From an uncultured delta proteobacterium (GTDB lineage: Bacteria > Myxococcota_A > UBA9160 > UBA4427), in assembly GCA_963822965.1 (NCBI GenBank), contig CAWGJT010000006.1:544001-608000 (forward strand): a stretch of 64,000 nt of DNA, given 5' to 3'. The stretch's first letter is position 1; the number at the start of each line of letters is the position of its first letter. Below the pieces are notes generated by a model. The model saw only the letters and a list, made by a program, of their open reading frames with translations. It ran no database searches and had not been told where the DNA came from. Both the position numbers and the translations under genes were made by a program. Of the stretch, positions 28,814-41,320 are shown piece by piece.

Positions 28814-29902
28814 TCAGCCGGCGAGCTCCTCGAGCACGTCGACGATGCGCACCACCGGATCATGGGACTCGGCGGCGGTCATGGCACCCACCAGCTCCGC
28901 CCGGCGGTCGAGGACGCTGCGAACGGCCGCCAGCAGCGAGGTGGCGTCCAGCGACTCCTGCTCGAGAACCAGCCCGTAGCCCTTCTCCGCGAACAGCCGG
29001 GCGTTGTCGATCTGGTCGCCCCGGCTCGCCGCGCGCGGCAGCGGGATCACCACCGCAGGCTTGCGTAGGGCGAGCAGCTCGGCGAGGGAGTTGGCGCCGG
29101 CCCGCGACACCACCACGTCCGCGCACGCGAAGGCGTCGCCGAACTCCGCGTCGAGGTACTCGTACTGGCGGTACTCGTCGCGCCCCTCGAGCGCCGGGTC
29201 GAGGTTTCCCGCGCCGCACACGTGCAGCACCTGCAGATCGCCGGGCAGCGCCGGCAGCGCCGCGCGCAGCGCGTCGTTGATGGCGCGGGCGCCCTGGCTG
29301 CCGCCGAACACGAGCACCGTCCGGCGCGCCGGGTCGAGACGGAAGCGGGCCAGGCCCTGCTGGCGATTCCCCGCCCGCAGCGCCGCGCGTACGGGCGTGC
29401 CCGTGTATACGGCGTCGCGAGCGCCGAGTCGCTGGCGCGTCTCGCGGAAGGCCAGACAGATGCGGCGCGCGAAGGGAAACGAGAGCCGGTTCGCCAGGCC
29501 CGGGGTGAGATCCGATTCGTGGACCACCACCGGGACACGGTTCAGCCAGGCGCCCACCACCACCGGCACGCCCACGAAGCCGCCCTTCGAGAAGACGACG
29601 GCCGGCGACAAGCGGTGGATCAGCAGGATCGCCTGCGCCACGCCGAGCAGGATGCGGAAGGGATCGAGCCAGTTCTCGAGGCTGCGATAGCGGCGCAGCT
29701 TGCCGGTCTGCACGCCGTGGTACGGCAGCCCGGCTTCCTCGGCGAGACGCCGCTCGATGCCGCCCAGCGATCCCACGTAGATCGGCTCGAAGCCCCGCGC
29801 ACGAAGCTCGGGAAGCAGCGCGAGGTTCGGGGTGACGTGACCCGCGGTGCCGCCGCCGGTCAGCACGATCCGGCGCCGCGCACCCTTGTCGCTCGTGGCC
29901 AA
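28814..29902 (-). CDS. murG: MurG glycosyltransferase (stand-alone)
   Basis: TGGGTAGHVTP, TGKLRRY, FSKGGFV, HESDLTPGLANR, FGGSQGA, SRAGA, RGDQIDNA; start uncertain (TTG 29902). Confidence 0.92.
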   Translation of the reverse strand: MATSDKGARRRIVLTGGGTAGHVTPNLALLPELRARGFEPIYVGSLGGIERRLAEEAGLPYHGVQTGKLRRYRSLENWLDPFRILLGVAQAILLIHRLSPAVVFSKGGFVGVPVVVGAWLNRVPVVVHESDLTPGLANRLSFPFARRICLAFRETRQRLGARDAVYTGTPVRAALRAGNRQQGLARFRLDPARRTVLVFGGSQGARAINDALRAALPALPGDLQVLHVCGAGNLDPALEGRDEYRQYEYLDAEFGDAFACADVVVSRAGANSLAELLALRKPAVVIPLPRAASRGDQIDNARLFAEKGYGLVLEQESLDATSLLAAVRSVLDRRAELVGAMTAAESHDPVVRIVDVLEELAG

Positions 29903-30062
29903 TGTGATCACCCCCCTGACCGGTCGCGGCTCGACCGGCGCCCGAGCATGCCGAATGGGCCCGCGGCGCGCCCCCACGCGCTCGCACCCCGCTCTCGCTT
30001 CCGCCACGGGAAGAAGATCAAGTCCCCCGGGGAGAGTGCCGATCGACCGGCGGGAGGAGAGC

Positions 30063-31814
<1,752 letters not shown>

Positions 31815-31838
31815 GGCGTCCCTGGCCCCGAGGACGGA

Positions 31839-33281
31839 TCAGGGCTGGGTCTGGGCCGGCCTCCAGTTGCCGTGGAAGCCGTAGGGGATGCGGTGCGGGA
31901 GCTTCACCGTCGCCAGGGGCTTCGCATCCACGTTGCACGCGTCGAGGACGAGGAGGTCGCTGCGATTCGCCGCGCCCCGATGCACGAGCACCAACACGAA
32001 GCCGTCCCCCTCCTCGGCTTCCGCGCTTCGCGGAACGAACACCGGCTCGCCCAGGGTGTCGCCCTCGGGCAGCCGGTGCATCCGCTTCTTGCCGGTGGCG
32101 AGATCGTAGTGGAGCACCGCGTCGAACCCCGGACGCGAATCGAAGTCCCGATCTCGAGGACGCGAGCCGCCGCCGCTGTAGCCGTGGCGATAGGTCTTGC
32201 CCGCATGGCGTTCGTCGAGACGCGGAAACTCGCAGGGACAGTCGTCCAGGGCCTCTTCCTTCACGGTGCCGCTCGTCAGGTCGATCGTCCAGCGGTGGAG
32301 CGTCGCCGGCGCCGAGCCCTCGACGCCGAAGAACGGGAGCCGCGGGTAGCGGGCGACCTCGGCGATCACCCGCTGTCCGTCGCTGTGCGCGTTCATGGGG
32401 TGGAAGACGTAGCAGGGATCGCTCTGGACCCAGACCACGTCGGCGCTGCCCCCGTCCCGCGGCATCACGCCGATGTGGGTGCCCGCCTCGGGGCGCCACA
32501 CCAGCGGGGAGCCCGTCTTCTCGATGGCTTCGAGGTCGAAGACCGCGGGGAACACGGGGAAGATCACGTGGGACTCGGTGGTGATGAAGTCGTGCATCAT
32601 GCTGGCGAAGGGGACGTCGATCTCGACGCTGCGAACGAGGCGTCCGGCGGCATCCACCACCATGTAGGTGAGGAAGGGCGGCAGCGGCGCGTAGGCGAAC
32701 ATCAGCATCTCGCCCGAATCGGGGTCCATCTTCGGGTGCGCGGTCATGATGCCGGGCACGATCCCGCTGTCGTTGCCCGCGAGCGCGGGATCCAGGTGAC
32801 GGACGAGCTTTCCCTCGAAGTCCCACAGTCCCCGGGTCTCGAGGCTCAGCGGGTCGAGCTCGTGGGGCGGTCCGGCCTCCCACAGGGCCAGGAGCCGCCC
32901 GCCGTGCCACACGATGTTCGTGTTGGCCGCATTCCCGCTGACGCCGGCGATGCGTTCGTCGCCCGCCGTCATGTCGGCGAGCCCGCCGAAGAGCGCCTGG
33001 CCCGCCTCGCCCTCGCGCCGGAAGCGCTCGGTCTGGACCCAGCGGTTGCGGTAGTCGCAGTGACCGTCCTCGAAGAAGAAGCCGTGGATCATCCCGTCGC
33101 CGTCGAACCAGTGGTAGCGGCCCCTGGGCGCGAACTGGGGGTTCGGCCCGTTGCGGTAGTAGGCGCCGTTCAGCTCGCGCGGAATCTCGCCTTCGACGGC
33201 CAGGTCGCGGATCTGCCCCTCCATCGGCCAGGGCGCGAAGTTGCCTTCCAGGAACGGGACGGCGGGAAAGGGCTTGCTCAT
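31839..33281 (-). CDS. Carotenoid oxygenase / lignostilbene dioxygenase family protein
   Basis: GEIPRELNGAYYRNGPNP, HWFDGDGM, TAHPKMDP, MMHDF, YVFHPMNA, EFPRLD, GEPVFVP, YGFHGNW (four Fe-binding His). Confidence 0.94.
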   Translation of the reverse strand: MSKPFPAVPFLEGNFAPWPMEGQIRDLAVEGEIPRELNGAYYRNGPNPQFAPRGRYHWFDGDGMIHGFFFEDGHCDYRNRWVQTERFRREGEAGQALFGGLADMTAGDERIAGVSGNAANTNIVWHGGRLLALWEAGPPHELDPLSLETRGLWDFEGKLVRHLDPALAGNDSGIVPGIMTAHPKMDPDSGEMLMFAYAPLPPFLTYMVVDAAGRLVRSVEIDVPFASMMHDFITTESHVIFPVFPAVFDLEAIEKTGSPLVWRPEAGTHIGVMPRDGGSADVVWVQSDPCYVFHPMNAHSDGQRVIAEVARYPRLPFFGVEGSAPATLHRWTIDLTSGTVKEEALDDCPCEFPRLDERHAGKTYRHGYSGGGSRPRDRDFDSRPGFDAVLHYDLATGKKRMHRLPEGDTLGEPVFVPRSAEAEEGDGFVLVLVHRGAANRSDLLVLDACNVDAKPLATVKLPHRIPYGFHGNWRPAQTQP

Positions 33282-33952
33282 GCAGGGCTCCTCTTGGCTT
33301 CGGGGGAATCGCTGGCTGCCGCACCGCAGGCGCTCTCCACGCAGCGGATGGCCTCGCTCAGATATGCGCCCTCGTCGGCTCCGTCGCCTTCGATGAAGCA
33401 GCTCTGCAGCGCGCCTGCGACGAGCGCATGGCAGAGCTCGGCGACGATGCGGGTGTTCATGGAGCGTGCGGCGCCGAGCGCGACCGCCGCCTGCAGCGTC
33501 TTCTCGAGGGCGGCGACGATGGGATCGTGGGTGCCCGCGCGGACGAGCGGGGCCAGGTCGGGATCGCGCGTCGCGAACGCGCGATGCAGCTCGCGGTGCT
33601 GGCCCACGAAGGCGAAGCCCGCCTGGATGGCGGCGCGCGGAGACGGGGGTCGTCTCGTGGGGTCGTCGCCGAACATCGCGCGCACGAACTCGCGGCCGTA
33701 GGAGGCGGCCACCGCCCCGAACAGCTCGCGCTTGGAGCGGAAGTGATGGAAGACGATTCCCTCGGAGACGCCGGCTGCCCGGGCGATGCCCGCGGTGGTC
33801 GTCCCCACGTAGCCCCGCTCCGCAAAGAGCCGGGCAGCGGCCGCGGCGATCTGCTCGCGCTTCTCGCCCGGGGCGCGGCGGCGGGCGTGGGGCGCCGCCC
33901 TGCGGGCGGTACCGGAACGGACGCGGCGGGCGGAGGCGCTCGACGAGGTCAC
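33278..33952 (-). CDS. TetR/AcrR family regulator
   Basis: AARLFAERGY..TTTAGIARAAGVSEGIVFHHFRSK; stop overlaps the start of the dioxygenase. Confidence 0.9.
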   Translation of the reverse strand: MTSSSASARRVRSGTARRAAPHARRRAPGEKREQIAAAAARLFAERGYVGTTTAGIARAAGVSEGIVFHHFRSKRELFGAVAASYGREFVRAMFGDDPTRRPPSPRAAIQAGFAFVGQHRELHRAFATRDPDLAPLVRAGTHDPIVAALEKTLQAAVALGAARSMNTRIVAELCHALVAGALQSCFIEGDGADEGAYLSEAIRCVESACGAAASDSPEAKRSPA

Positions 33953-33961
33953 TCCCGAAGT

Positions 33962-33984
33962 CTTACTGAGTATGACTCAATAAG
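33962..33984. promoter_or_regulatory. Palindromic operator, probably TetR autoregulatory
   Basis: CTTACTGAGT-ATG-ACTCAATAAG (9/10 inverted repeat), about 10 nt upstream of the tetR start. Confidence 0.7.
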
Positions 33985-34017
33985 CAAGGCCTCGGCGCCG
34001 CGCTCGGACCGTGCCCC

Positions 34018-34668
34018 TCAGGCCCGCATGCCCCCGGCTGCGGCGGCCGGGTGGATGCTCTTCTCGGCGCTGGGCCGGGCGCCCATGCGCTCGAACCAGG
34101 CCGTCACGTGGGTGTGGGCGGGGTCGATGGGCTGCCCGACGCTGCCGCCGAAGTCGAGCAGGCAGTAGGCCACGATGTCCGCCAGGGTCGGGCGGTCGCC
34201 GGCAAGGTAGTCCCGATCGGCGATCAGGCGGTCGATGTGGCCGAGGCCCTCCTGGGCGATGGCCTTCCAGTCGTCCACGGCGGCGGGAACCAGGTGGCGG
34301 CGGTCCTTGAACATCGGCTCGCCCACGCCCGAGCGGAACGCGTCGGTCATCGGCCCCGTCACGTGGATCTCCACCCGGCGAATCCACATGCGGGTGCGCG
34401 CGCGCTCTTCGGGGGTGCTTCCCACGAGCGCGGGCTCGGGATGCAGCTCCTCGAGCAGCTCGCAGATGGCCGTCGTCTCCGAGACCACGGATCCGTCGTC
34501 GAGCACGAGACACGGCATCTCGCCCACCGGGTTCTTCTCGAGGTAAGCCGGCTGGCGGTTCTCGCCGGCCATGATGTCGATCTCCTCGGTCGGAATCTCG
34601 ATGCCCTTCTCGAGCATGAACATGCGGACCAGACGGGGGTTCGGACCGAGGGAGTTGTAGAACTTCAT
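34018..34668 (-). CDS. Glutathione S-transferase family protein
   Basis: GPNPRLVRMFMLEKG, KNPVGEMP.L.LDDG...SET.AI, YLAGDRPTLADI. Confidence 0.92.
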   Translation of the reverse strand: MKFYNSLGPNPRLVRMFMLEKGIEIPTEEIDIMAGENRQPAYLEKNPVGEMPCLVLDDGSVVSETTAICELLEELHPEPALVGSTPEERARTRMWIRRVEIHVTGPMTDAFRSGVGEPMFKDRRHLVPAAVDDWKAIAQEGLGHIDRLIADRDYLAGDRPTLADIVAYCLLDFGGSVGQPIDPAHTHVTAWFERMGARPSAEKSIHPAAAAGGMRA

Positions 34669-34698
34669 GCGAGATCTCCTTGGGGGAACGAGGGGGGG

Positions 34699-35439
34699 TC
34701 AGGCCGAGGACGTCTGAGCCGCCCAGCGGATCCCCCGGCGGAGCAGCTCGTGGAACACCGGCACCTCCCAGGCGCCCCGCTCCACCACGGGATAGTAGTC
34801 GGCGAGCGGCTGCATGTCGTAGTGCCCCCGGCAGTGCCCCAGGGTGAGATAGAGCACCCCGCCCTTCCCCACCGCCTTGCGGTACATGACGAGGCGGGGC
34901 GCATCGTCCGGCCACTCGGCCTCGGCGAATCCGGGGGCCCGCCCCCGGAAGCGCGTCTCGAGCAGGGGCTCCAGCGGGCCGTGGTACTCGCACAGATACA
35001 GCTCGTCGGAGACCTCGAAGGGCTCGATGCCGCGCACGAGGGGGTCGTCCGAGCAGGGGACCACCCGGTACGGAGCGATGGGCGGGTGCGCGAGGAACTG
35101 GCTTCCCAGGGTCTGCATGAGCTGCGGGCACCAGCGGGGCGTCTCGAACGGAGGCCTTCCGGAGAACTCGAGCACCGCGTTCGTGCCGTGCAGCGCCAGC
35201 CAGCGTCCGCCCCCCGCGACCCAGCTCGCGAGGACGCGCTGCTCCTCCTCGCTCGGACGGACGTCGCACGTGTAGGTGACGAGGAAGTCCGAGGCCGCGA
35301 TCGCCCCGGTGTCGCGATAGTCGGCGGCGACCCCCGTGCGGATGGACTCGTGCTCCGCCAGCAGCTTCAGCAGCTCGAGGCGGGCGTAGTCCATGTCGTG
35401 GTACTTCCCACCGCAGATCAAGTAGGCGTCGATGGGCAT
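34699..35439 (-). CDS. ThuA-like domain protein
   Basis: MPIDAYLICGGKYHDMDYARLELL, GGRWLALHG, LGSQFLAHPP, DELY, VLYLTLGH. Confidence 0.85.
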   Translation of the reverse strand: MPIDAYLICGGKYHDMDYARLELLKLLAEHESIRTGVAADYRDTGAIAASDFLVTYTCDVRPSEEEQRVLASWVAGGGRWLALHGTNAVLEFSGRPPFETPRWCPQLMQTLGSQFLAHPPIAPYRVVPCSDDPLVRGIEPFEVSDELYLCEYHGPLEPLLETRFRGRAPGFAEAEWPDDAPRLVMYRKAVGKGGVLYLTLGHCRGHYDMQPLADYYPVVERGAWEVPVFHELLRRGIRWAAQTSSA

Positions 35440-35456
35440 GGGCGGGCGACGGGGCG

Positions 35457-36215
35457 CTAGAAGTTGACGCGCTTCGTGTAGCCGCCGTCCACTACGAGGT
35501 TGACCCCGGTGACGAGGCTCGCAGCCGGGCTCACCAGGAAGGTCACGGCATTCGCCACCTCCTCGGGCGTTCCCAGGCGGCCCTGGGGACACGTCGCCAG
35601 CGTGCTCTCGTACAGGGGCTTCATGTGCTGCTTGATGGTGTCCCAGGCGCCGCCCTCGAAGTAGATCGGCCCCGGAGAAACCACGTTCACGCGGATGCCG
35701 CGGGGGCCCAGGGCCTGGGAGAGACCGTTCGCGTGGGTGATGAGCGCCGCCTTGATGGCGTTGTACGAGGTCGGCCCCATGAAGGTCTCGACGGCTGCGG
35801 TGGTTCCGATGAACACCACGCTCGCGGCGTCGGACTTCGAAAGGTGGGGCACGGCGGCGTCCACGCTTCGGACCGCGCCCATCAGGTCGACCTCGAAGTT
35901 GGCCTTCCAGGCCTTCTCGTCCGTGCCGTTGCCACCGCTCGGGTTCGACACCAGGATGTCGAGGCCGCCGAGATCCTCGGCGGCCGACGCGATCCACTCC
36001 TTCAGCGCCTCCCCGTCGGCGACGTCGAGGGCCCGCGCGAAGACCCGGACCCCGCGTCCTTCGAGATCCTTGCGCGCCTTCTCGAGCTCCTCTGCGTTGC
36101 GCGAGCAGATGGCGAGATCGACGCCTTCCGCGGCCAACGCCTCGGCGATCGCACGTCCGATGCCGCGGCTCGCGCCGGTGACGATGGCCTTCCTGCCTCG
36201 CAGTCCGAGATCCAT
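35457..36215 (-). CDS. SDR family oxidoreductase
   Basis: MDLGLRGRKAIVTGASRGIG, YNAIKAA, VVDGG; RBS AGGAGG. Confidence 0.92.
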   Translation of the reverse strand: MDLGLRGRKAIVTGASRGIGRAIAEALAAEGVDLAICSRNAEELEKARKDLEGRGVRVFARALDVADGEALKEWIASAAEDLGGLDILVSNPSGGNGTDEKAWKANFEVDLMGAVRSVDAAVPHLSKSDAASVVFIGTTAAVETFMGPTSYNAIKAALITHANGLSQALGPRGIRVNVVSPGPIYFEGGAWDTIKQHMKPLYESTLATCPQGRLGTPEEVANAVTFLVSPAASLVTGVNLVVDGGYTKRVNF

Positions 36216-36425
36216 GGGTGTGCCTCCTGGACGAGTGGACGGGTGACGCGACGGCGCGAGCCCTCGCGCGCGGCCCGCGGCCGCCCCCCCAGTCTCGCAG
36301 ATCCCGCGCCCGGTGTGCACGGTCCGCGGTACCCGACGTATCCGCGAGCGGCGCTTCCATGTCGGATCCGACGGCTCCCCGGCTGCCCGCGGCGCGGCCC
36401 GCACGCGGGCGATAACGTCGGACCC

Positions 36426-36719
36426 GTGGCGACCCGCATCCAGGTCCGCGGTACCGACGGCCTCCTCTTCGACGGAGAGGCCTGCATCTCGCCCGGCGAG
36501 GGCGAGTGGACCTGGCGCGCCGAGTTCCGGGTGCCCAACACGCAGATCGCGCAGTTCCAGATGCGGCGCGGCGAGGAGGTGCGCGTGAGCGTGGACGACG
36601 CGAGCACCCACCGGGCGTGGATCGGCGGCTTCGGCTTCGACGACGACTCCAGCGCCAGCGGCATCGGCGGCCACGGCCGCATCCAGCTGCTGGGCCGCGG
36701 CGCGATCCCCGTTCCCTGA
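36426..36719 (+). CDS. Small hypothetical beta-rich protein (97 aa)
   Basis: GTG-started frame VATRIQVRGTDGLLFDGEACI...GRIQLLGRGAIPVP with strong GC3 bias; fills the gap between two minus-strand genes. Confidence 0.6.
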   Translation: MATRIQVRGTDGLLFDGEACISPGEGEWTWRAEFRVPNTQIAQFQMRRGEEVRVSVDDASTHRAWIGGFGFDDDSSASGIGGHGRIQLLGRGAIPVP

Positions 36720-36757
36720 ACCGTCCCCGTTCCCTGAGCCGTCCCCGCCCCGAGCCG
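36706..36757. repeat. Degenerate 18-bp tandem repeat TCCCCGTTCCCTGA(A/G)CCG x3 spanning the stop codon
   Basis: Read directly between convergent genes. Confidence 0.7.
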
Positions 36758-36761
36758 CGAG

Positions 36762-38045
<1,284 letters not shown>

Positions 38046-38141
38046 GGAGACCCTCGCCTTCCGCTCTGCCCTCGAGGGTATCATCCCGGCGCGGATTCGC
38101 GGCAGAGGCGGGTCGGGCGAATCCGTGTCGGATCCGGCGAT

Positions 38142-38205
38142 GCGGCCGAAGCCGATCGATCGAACGCGGCCGAAGCCGATCGATCGAACGCGGCCGAAGC
38201 CGATC
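38142..38205. repeat. 24-bp tandem repeat GCGGCCGAAGCCGATCGATCGAAC x2.7 immediately after the pstB stop
   Basis: Units at 38142, 38166 and 38190 (partial). Confidence 0.9.
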
Positions 38206-39034
38206 AGCCGAAGCGGCCGGTGATGTAGTCCTGGGTCCGCGAATCCTCGGGATTCGTGAAGATCTTCGAGGTTTCCCCCTCCTCCACCAGTACCCCGAGG
38301 TGGAAGAAGGCGGTCCGCTGGGAGATGCGGGCGGCCTGCTGCATGGAATGGGTGACCACGACGATGGTGTACGTCTGCCGCAGCTCGTCGATCAGCTCCT
38401 CGATTCGGGCCGTCGCGATCGGATCGAGCGCGGAGCACGGCTCGTCCATCAGGATGACCTCGGGCCCCACCGCGATGGCCCGGGCGATGCAGAGACGCTG
38501 CTGCTGCCCCCCGGAGAGGCTCGTGCCCGGATCGGCGAGGCGGTCCTTCACCTCTTCGAAGAGACCCGCCCGCTGCAGGCTCGACGCCACCAACTCCTCG
38601 AGCTCGCTGCGGTCCCGCGCCAGTCCGTGGATCCGCGGCCCGTAGGCGATGTTGTCGAAGATCGACTTGGGAAACGGATTCGGCTTCTGGAACACCATGC
38701 CCACGTGCTTGCGCAGAGTCACCACGTCGACGTCCGGGGCGTAGATCTCCTGGCCATCCAGGCGGATCGAGCCCTCCACGCGGCAGCTCTCGATCACGTC
38801 GTTCATGCGGTTGATGCAGCGGATGAAGGTGGACTTCCCACAGCCCGAAGGACCGATCAGGGACGTGACCTGGTGGTTCGGAATCTCGAGACAGACGTCG
38901 AAGAGGGCCTGCTTGTCGCCGTAGAAGACGGAGAGGTTCCGCGCCGAGACCTTGGTGGTGGGCACTTCCTCCTTCTCCTCTTCCCGCTCTCCCGCGATCG
39001 GCGCTCGGAGCTTCTCCAATCGATCCGCCCTCAC
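38204..39034 (-). CDS. pstB: Phosphate ABC transporter ATPase
   Basis: [56 protein letters not shown]. Confidence 0.97.
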   Translation of the reverse strand: MRADRLEKLRAPIAGEREEEKEEVPTTKVSARNLSVFYGDKQALFDVCLEIPNHQVTSLIGPSGCGKSTFIRCINRMNDVIESCRVEGSIRLDGQEIYAPDVDVVTLRKHVGMVFQKPNPFPKSIFDNIAYGPRIHGLARDRSELEELVASSLQRAGLFEEVKDRLADPGTSLSGGQQQRLCIARAIAVGPEVILMDEPCSALDPIATARIEELIDELRQTYTIVVVTHSMQQAARISQRTAFFHLGVLVEEGETSKIFTNPEDSRTQDYITGRFG

Positions 39035-40341
39035 CAGCTCTGCTCGCTGCGGTTGCGCAGAACGATCGCCACCAGGTTCGTCACCAACAGTACGCCAACC
39101 AGCACGAGAATGGCGCCGCACGTCTTCTCGACGAAGGCGCGCTCCGGACTGTCCGACCACAGGTAGATCTGCACCGGCAGCGCGGTCGCGGGCGCCAGGG
39201 GACCTTCGGGAAGATCGGCGATGAACGCCACCATGCCGATCATGAGCAGCGGCGCCGTCTCGCCCAGCGCCCGCGCCATCCCGATGATGGTGCCCGTGAG
39301 GATGCCGGGGAGCGCGAGGGGCACCACGTGGTGGGCCACCACCTGCAACGGCGAGGCGCCCACGGCGAGGGCCGCTTCGCGGATCGAGGGAGGCACGGCC
39401 CGCAGCGCCGCCCGCGAGGCGATGATGATGGTCGGCATGGTCATCAGGGCGAGCACGAGCCCACCCACCAGGGGCGCGGAGCGCGGAAGCCCCATGAAGT
39501 TGAGGAAGACCGCCAGGCCGAGCAGGCCGAAGACGATCGAGGGCACCGCGGCCAGGTTGTTGATGTTGACCTCGAGGAAGTCCGTCACCCGGCCCCGCGG
39601 CGCGAACTCCTCCAGGTGAACCGCGGCGGCCACGCCGAGGGGGAAGGAGAGGAGCAGGGTCACCAGCAGCGTCCAGAAGGATCCGAGCAGCGCGCCGCCC
39701 AGACCCGCCACCTCCGGCTCGCGGCTGTCGCCGCCCGTGAGGAAGTTCCAGTCGAAGCTGCGCTCGATCCGTCCCTGCTCGCGGAAGGCGTCGAGCCAGT
39801 CGAGCTGCACGTTCTTCAGCTTGCGGCGCGACTCGTCGGAGGCGCGCGAGAGCTTTCCCTTCAGGTAGAGACCGGCCTCGTCGGACACCGGAAGCGCCAC
39901 CCGGATCGTCTCCCCGACGAGCGTCGGATCCGCCAGGACCCGGTCCTGCACCTCGAAGTCCGCGGCCGGCCCCAGCAGCGCGTACAGGAGCTTCAGGTTC
40001 CTGCGACCCGAGACCTCGGGCTGCAGCTCCCGAAGCTTGCGGCGGATGGCCGCGCCGTAGTTCGCCGTGCGCAGCATCTGCTTCTCGACGGCTCCCTCGG
40101 CCGGCAGCCCCAGGATGCTCCGGTCGAGGCGCAGGTCGACGAAGAGCTCGTCGTGACGGAAGGCCGAGACGCCTCGCGAGCCGATGCCGCCCAGGAGCCC
40201 CGCCAGCGCGAGCATCGCGGCGCCCACGGCCAGCAGCCCGTAGACCCGGAAGCGTCGATCGGCGGCGTGCCGCTTCCGCAGGCGGCGGCTCGCGCGCACG
40301 CCGCCGGGATCGGTCCCTGCGCCGAGCGGGGCGCTACTCAT
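39031..40341 (-). CDS. pstA: Phosphate ABC transporter permease PstA (long form)
   Basis: [44 protein letters not shown]. Confidence 0.95.
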   Translation of the reverse strand: MSSAPLGAGTDPGGVRASRRLRKRHAADRRFRVYGLLAVGAAMLALAGLLGGIGSRGVSAFRHDELFVDLRLDRSILGLPAEGAVEKQMLRTANYGAAIRRKLRELQPEVSGRRNLKLLYALLGPAADFEVQDRVLADPTLVGETIRVALPVSDEAGLYLKGKLSRASDESRRKLKNVQLDWLDAFREQGRIERSFDWNFLTGGDSREPEVAGLGGALLGSFWTLLVTLLLSFPLGVAAAVHLEEFAPRGRVTDFLEVNINNLAAVPSIVFGLLGLAVFLNFMGLPRSAPLVGGLVLALMTMPTIIIASRAALRAVPPSIREAALAVGASPLQVVAHHVVPLALPGILTGTIIGMARALGETAPLLMIGMVAFIADLPEGPLAPATALPVQIYLWSDSPERAFVEKTCGAILVLVGVLLVTNLVAIVLRNRSEQSW

Positions 40342-41320
40342 ACTGCTCCCGGTACCGGCGCACCACGTGCAACGCCACGACGTTGAGCACCAGGGTGACG
40401 AGGAAGAGCAGGAGCCCCAGGGCGAATGCCGACAGCGTCTTGGCGCTGTCGAACTCCTGGTCGCCGACCAGGAGCGTGACGATCTGCACCGTCACGGTGG
40501 TGACCGCCTCGAAGGGGTTGGCGGTGAGCCGCGCGGACAGGCCCGCGGCCATCACCACGATCATCGTCTCCCCGATCGCCCGGGAGAGCGCCAGCAGCAC
40601 CGCGCCGGTGATCCCCGGCAGGGCCGCCGGCAGCACCACCTGGCGGATGGTCTCGGCCCGGGTGGCGCCGAGCCCGAAGGAGCCTTCGCGCAGGGCGCTC
40701 GGCACGGCGTGGATGACGTCGTCGGACAGGGACGACACGAACGGGATGATCATCACCCCCATCACGAGCCCGGCGGCCAGCGCGCTCTCGGACGAGATGT
40801 GGATGCCCAGCGGCGCTCCCGCGTCGCGCAGGCCCGGCGCGATGAGCAGTGCGGCGAAGTAGCCGTAGACCACCGTCGGAATGCCGGCCAGGATCTCGAG
40901 GAGGGGCTTCACCCAACGGCGCACCCGCACGTGGGCGTACTCCGCCAGGTAGACGGCCGAGAAGAGCCCGACCGGTACGGCCACCGCCATGGCGATGGCC
41001 GTGATCAGCAGGGTGCCGGAGAAGACCGGGACCGCGCCGAAGGCGCCGGAGGAGCCCACCTGGTCCGCCCGCAGGGCCGTCTGTGGGCTCCACTCGAGAC
41101 CGAAGAGGAAGTCCGAGACGGGCACCCGGGCGAAGAAGCGCAGGGCCTCGAACAGCAGGGACAGCACGATCCCGACGGTGACCGCCACCGCCAGCGCCGC
41201 GCACAGCCACAGCAGGACCCGCACCCCCGACTCGAAGCGCCGGCGTCGCCCCCGCACCGTGGGATCGAAGCGGCCGCCATGGGCGGCCGCCTCGAGGTCG
41301 GCTTCACATACCGAGGACAA
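40334..41320 (-). CDS. pstC: Phosphate ABC transporter permease PstC
   Basis: WSPQTALRADQVGSSGAFG, KPLLEILAGIPTVVYG, SRAIGETM, YREQYE. Confidence 0.95.
   Translation of the reverse strand: MSSVCEADLEAAAHGGRFDPTVRGRRRRFESGVRVLLWLCAALAVAVTVGIVLSLLFEALRFFARVPVSDFLFGLEWSPQTALRADQVGSSGAFGAVPVFSGTLLITAIAMAVAVPVGLFSAVYLAEYAHVRVRRWVKPLLEILAGIPTVVYGYFAALLIAPGLRDAGAPLGIHISSESALAAGLVMGVMIIPFVSSLSDDVIHAVPSALREGSFGLGATRAETIRQVVLPAALPGITGAVLLALSRAIGETMIVVMAAGLSARLTANPFEAVTTVTVQIVTLLVGDQEFDSAKTLSAFALGLLLFLVTLVLNVVALHVVRRYREQYE

Noticed and set aside
38142..38205. Possible CRISPR array
   Set aside because: The repeats are head-to-tail with no spacers, and no cas genes are present.
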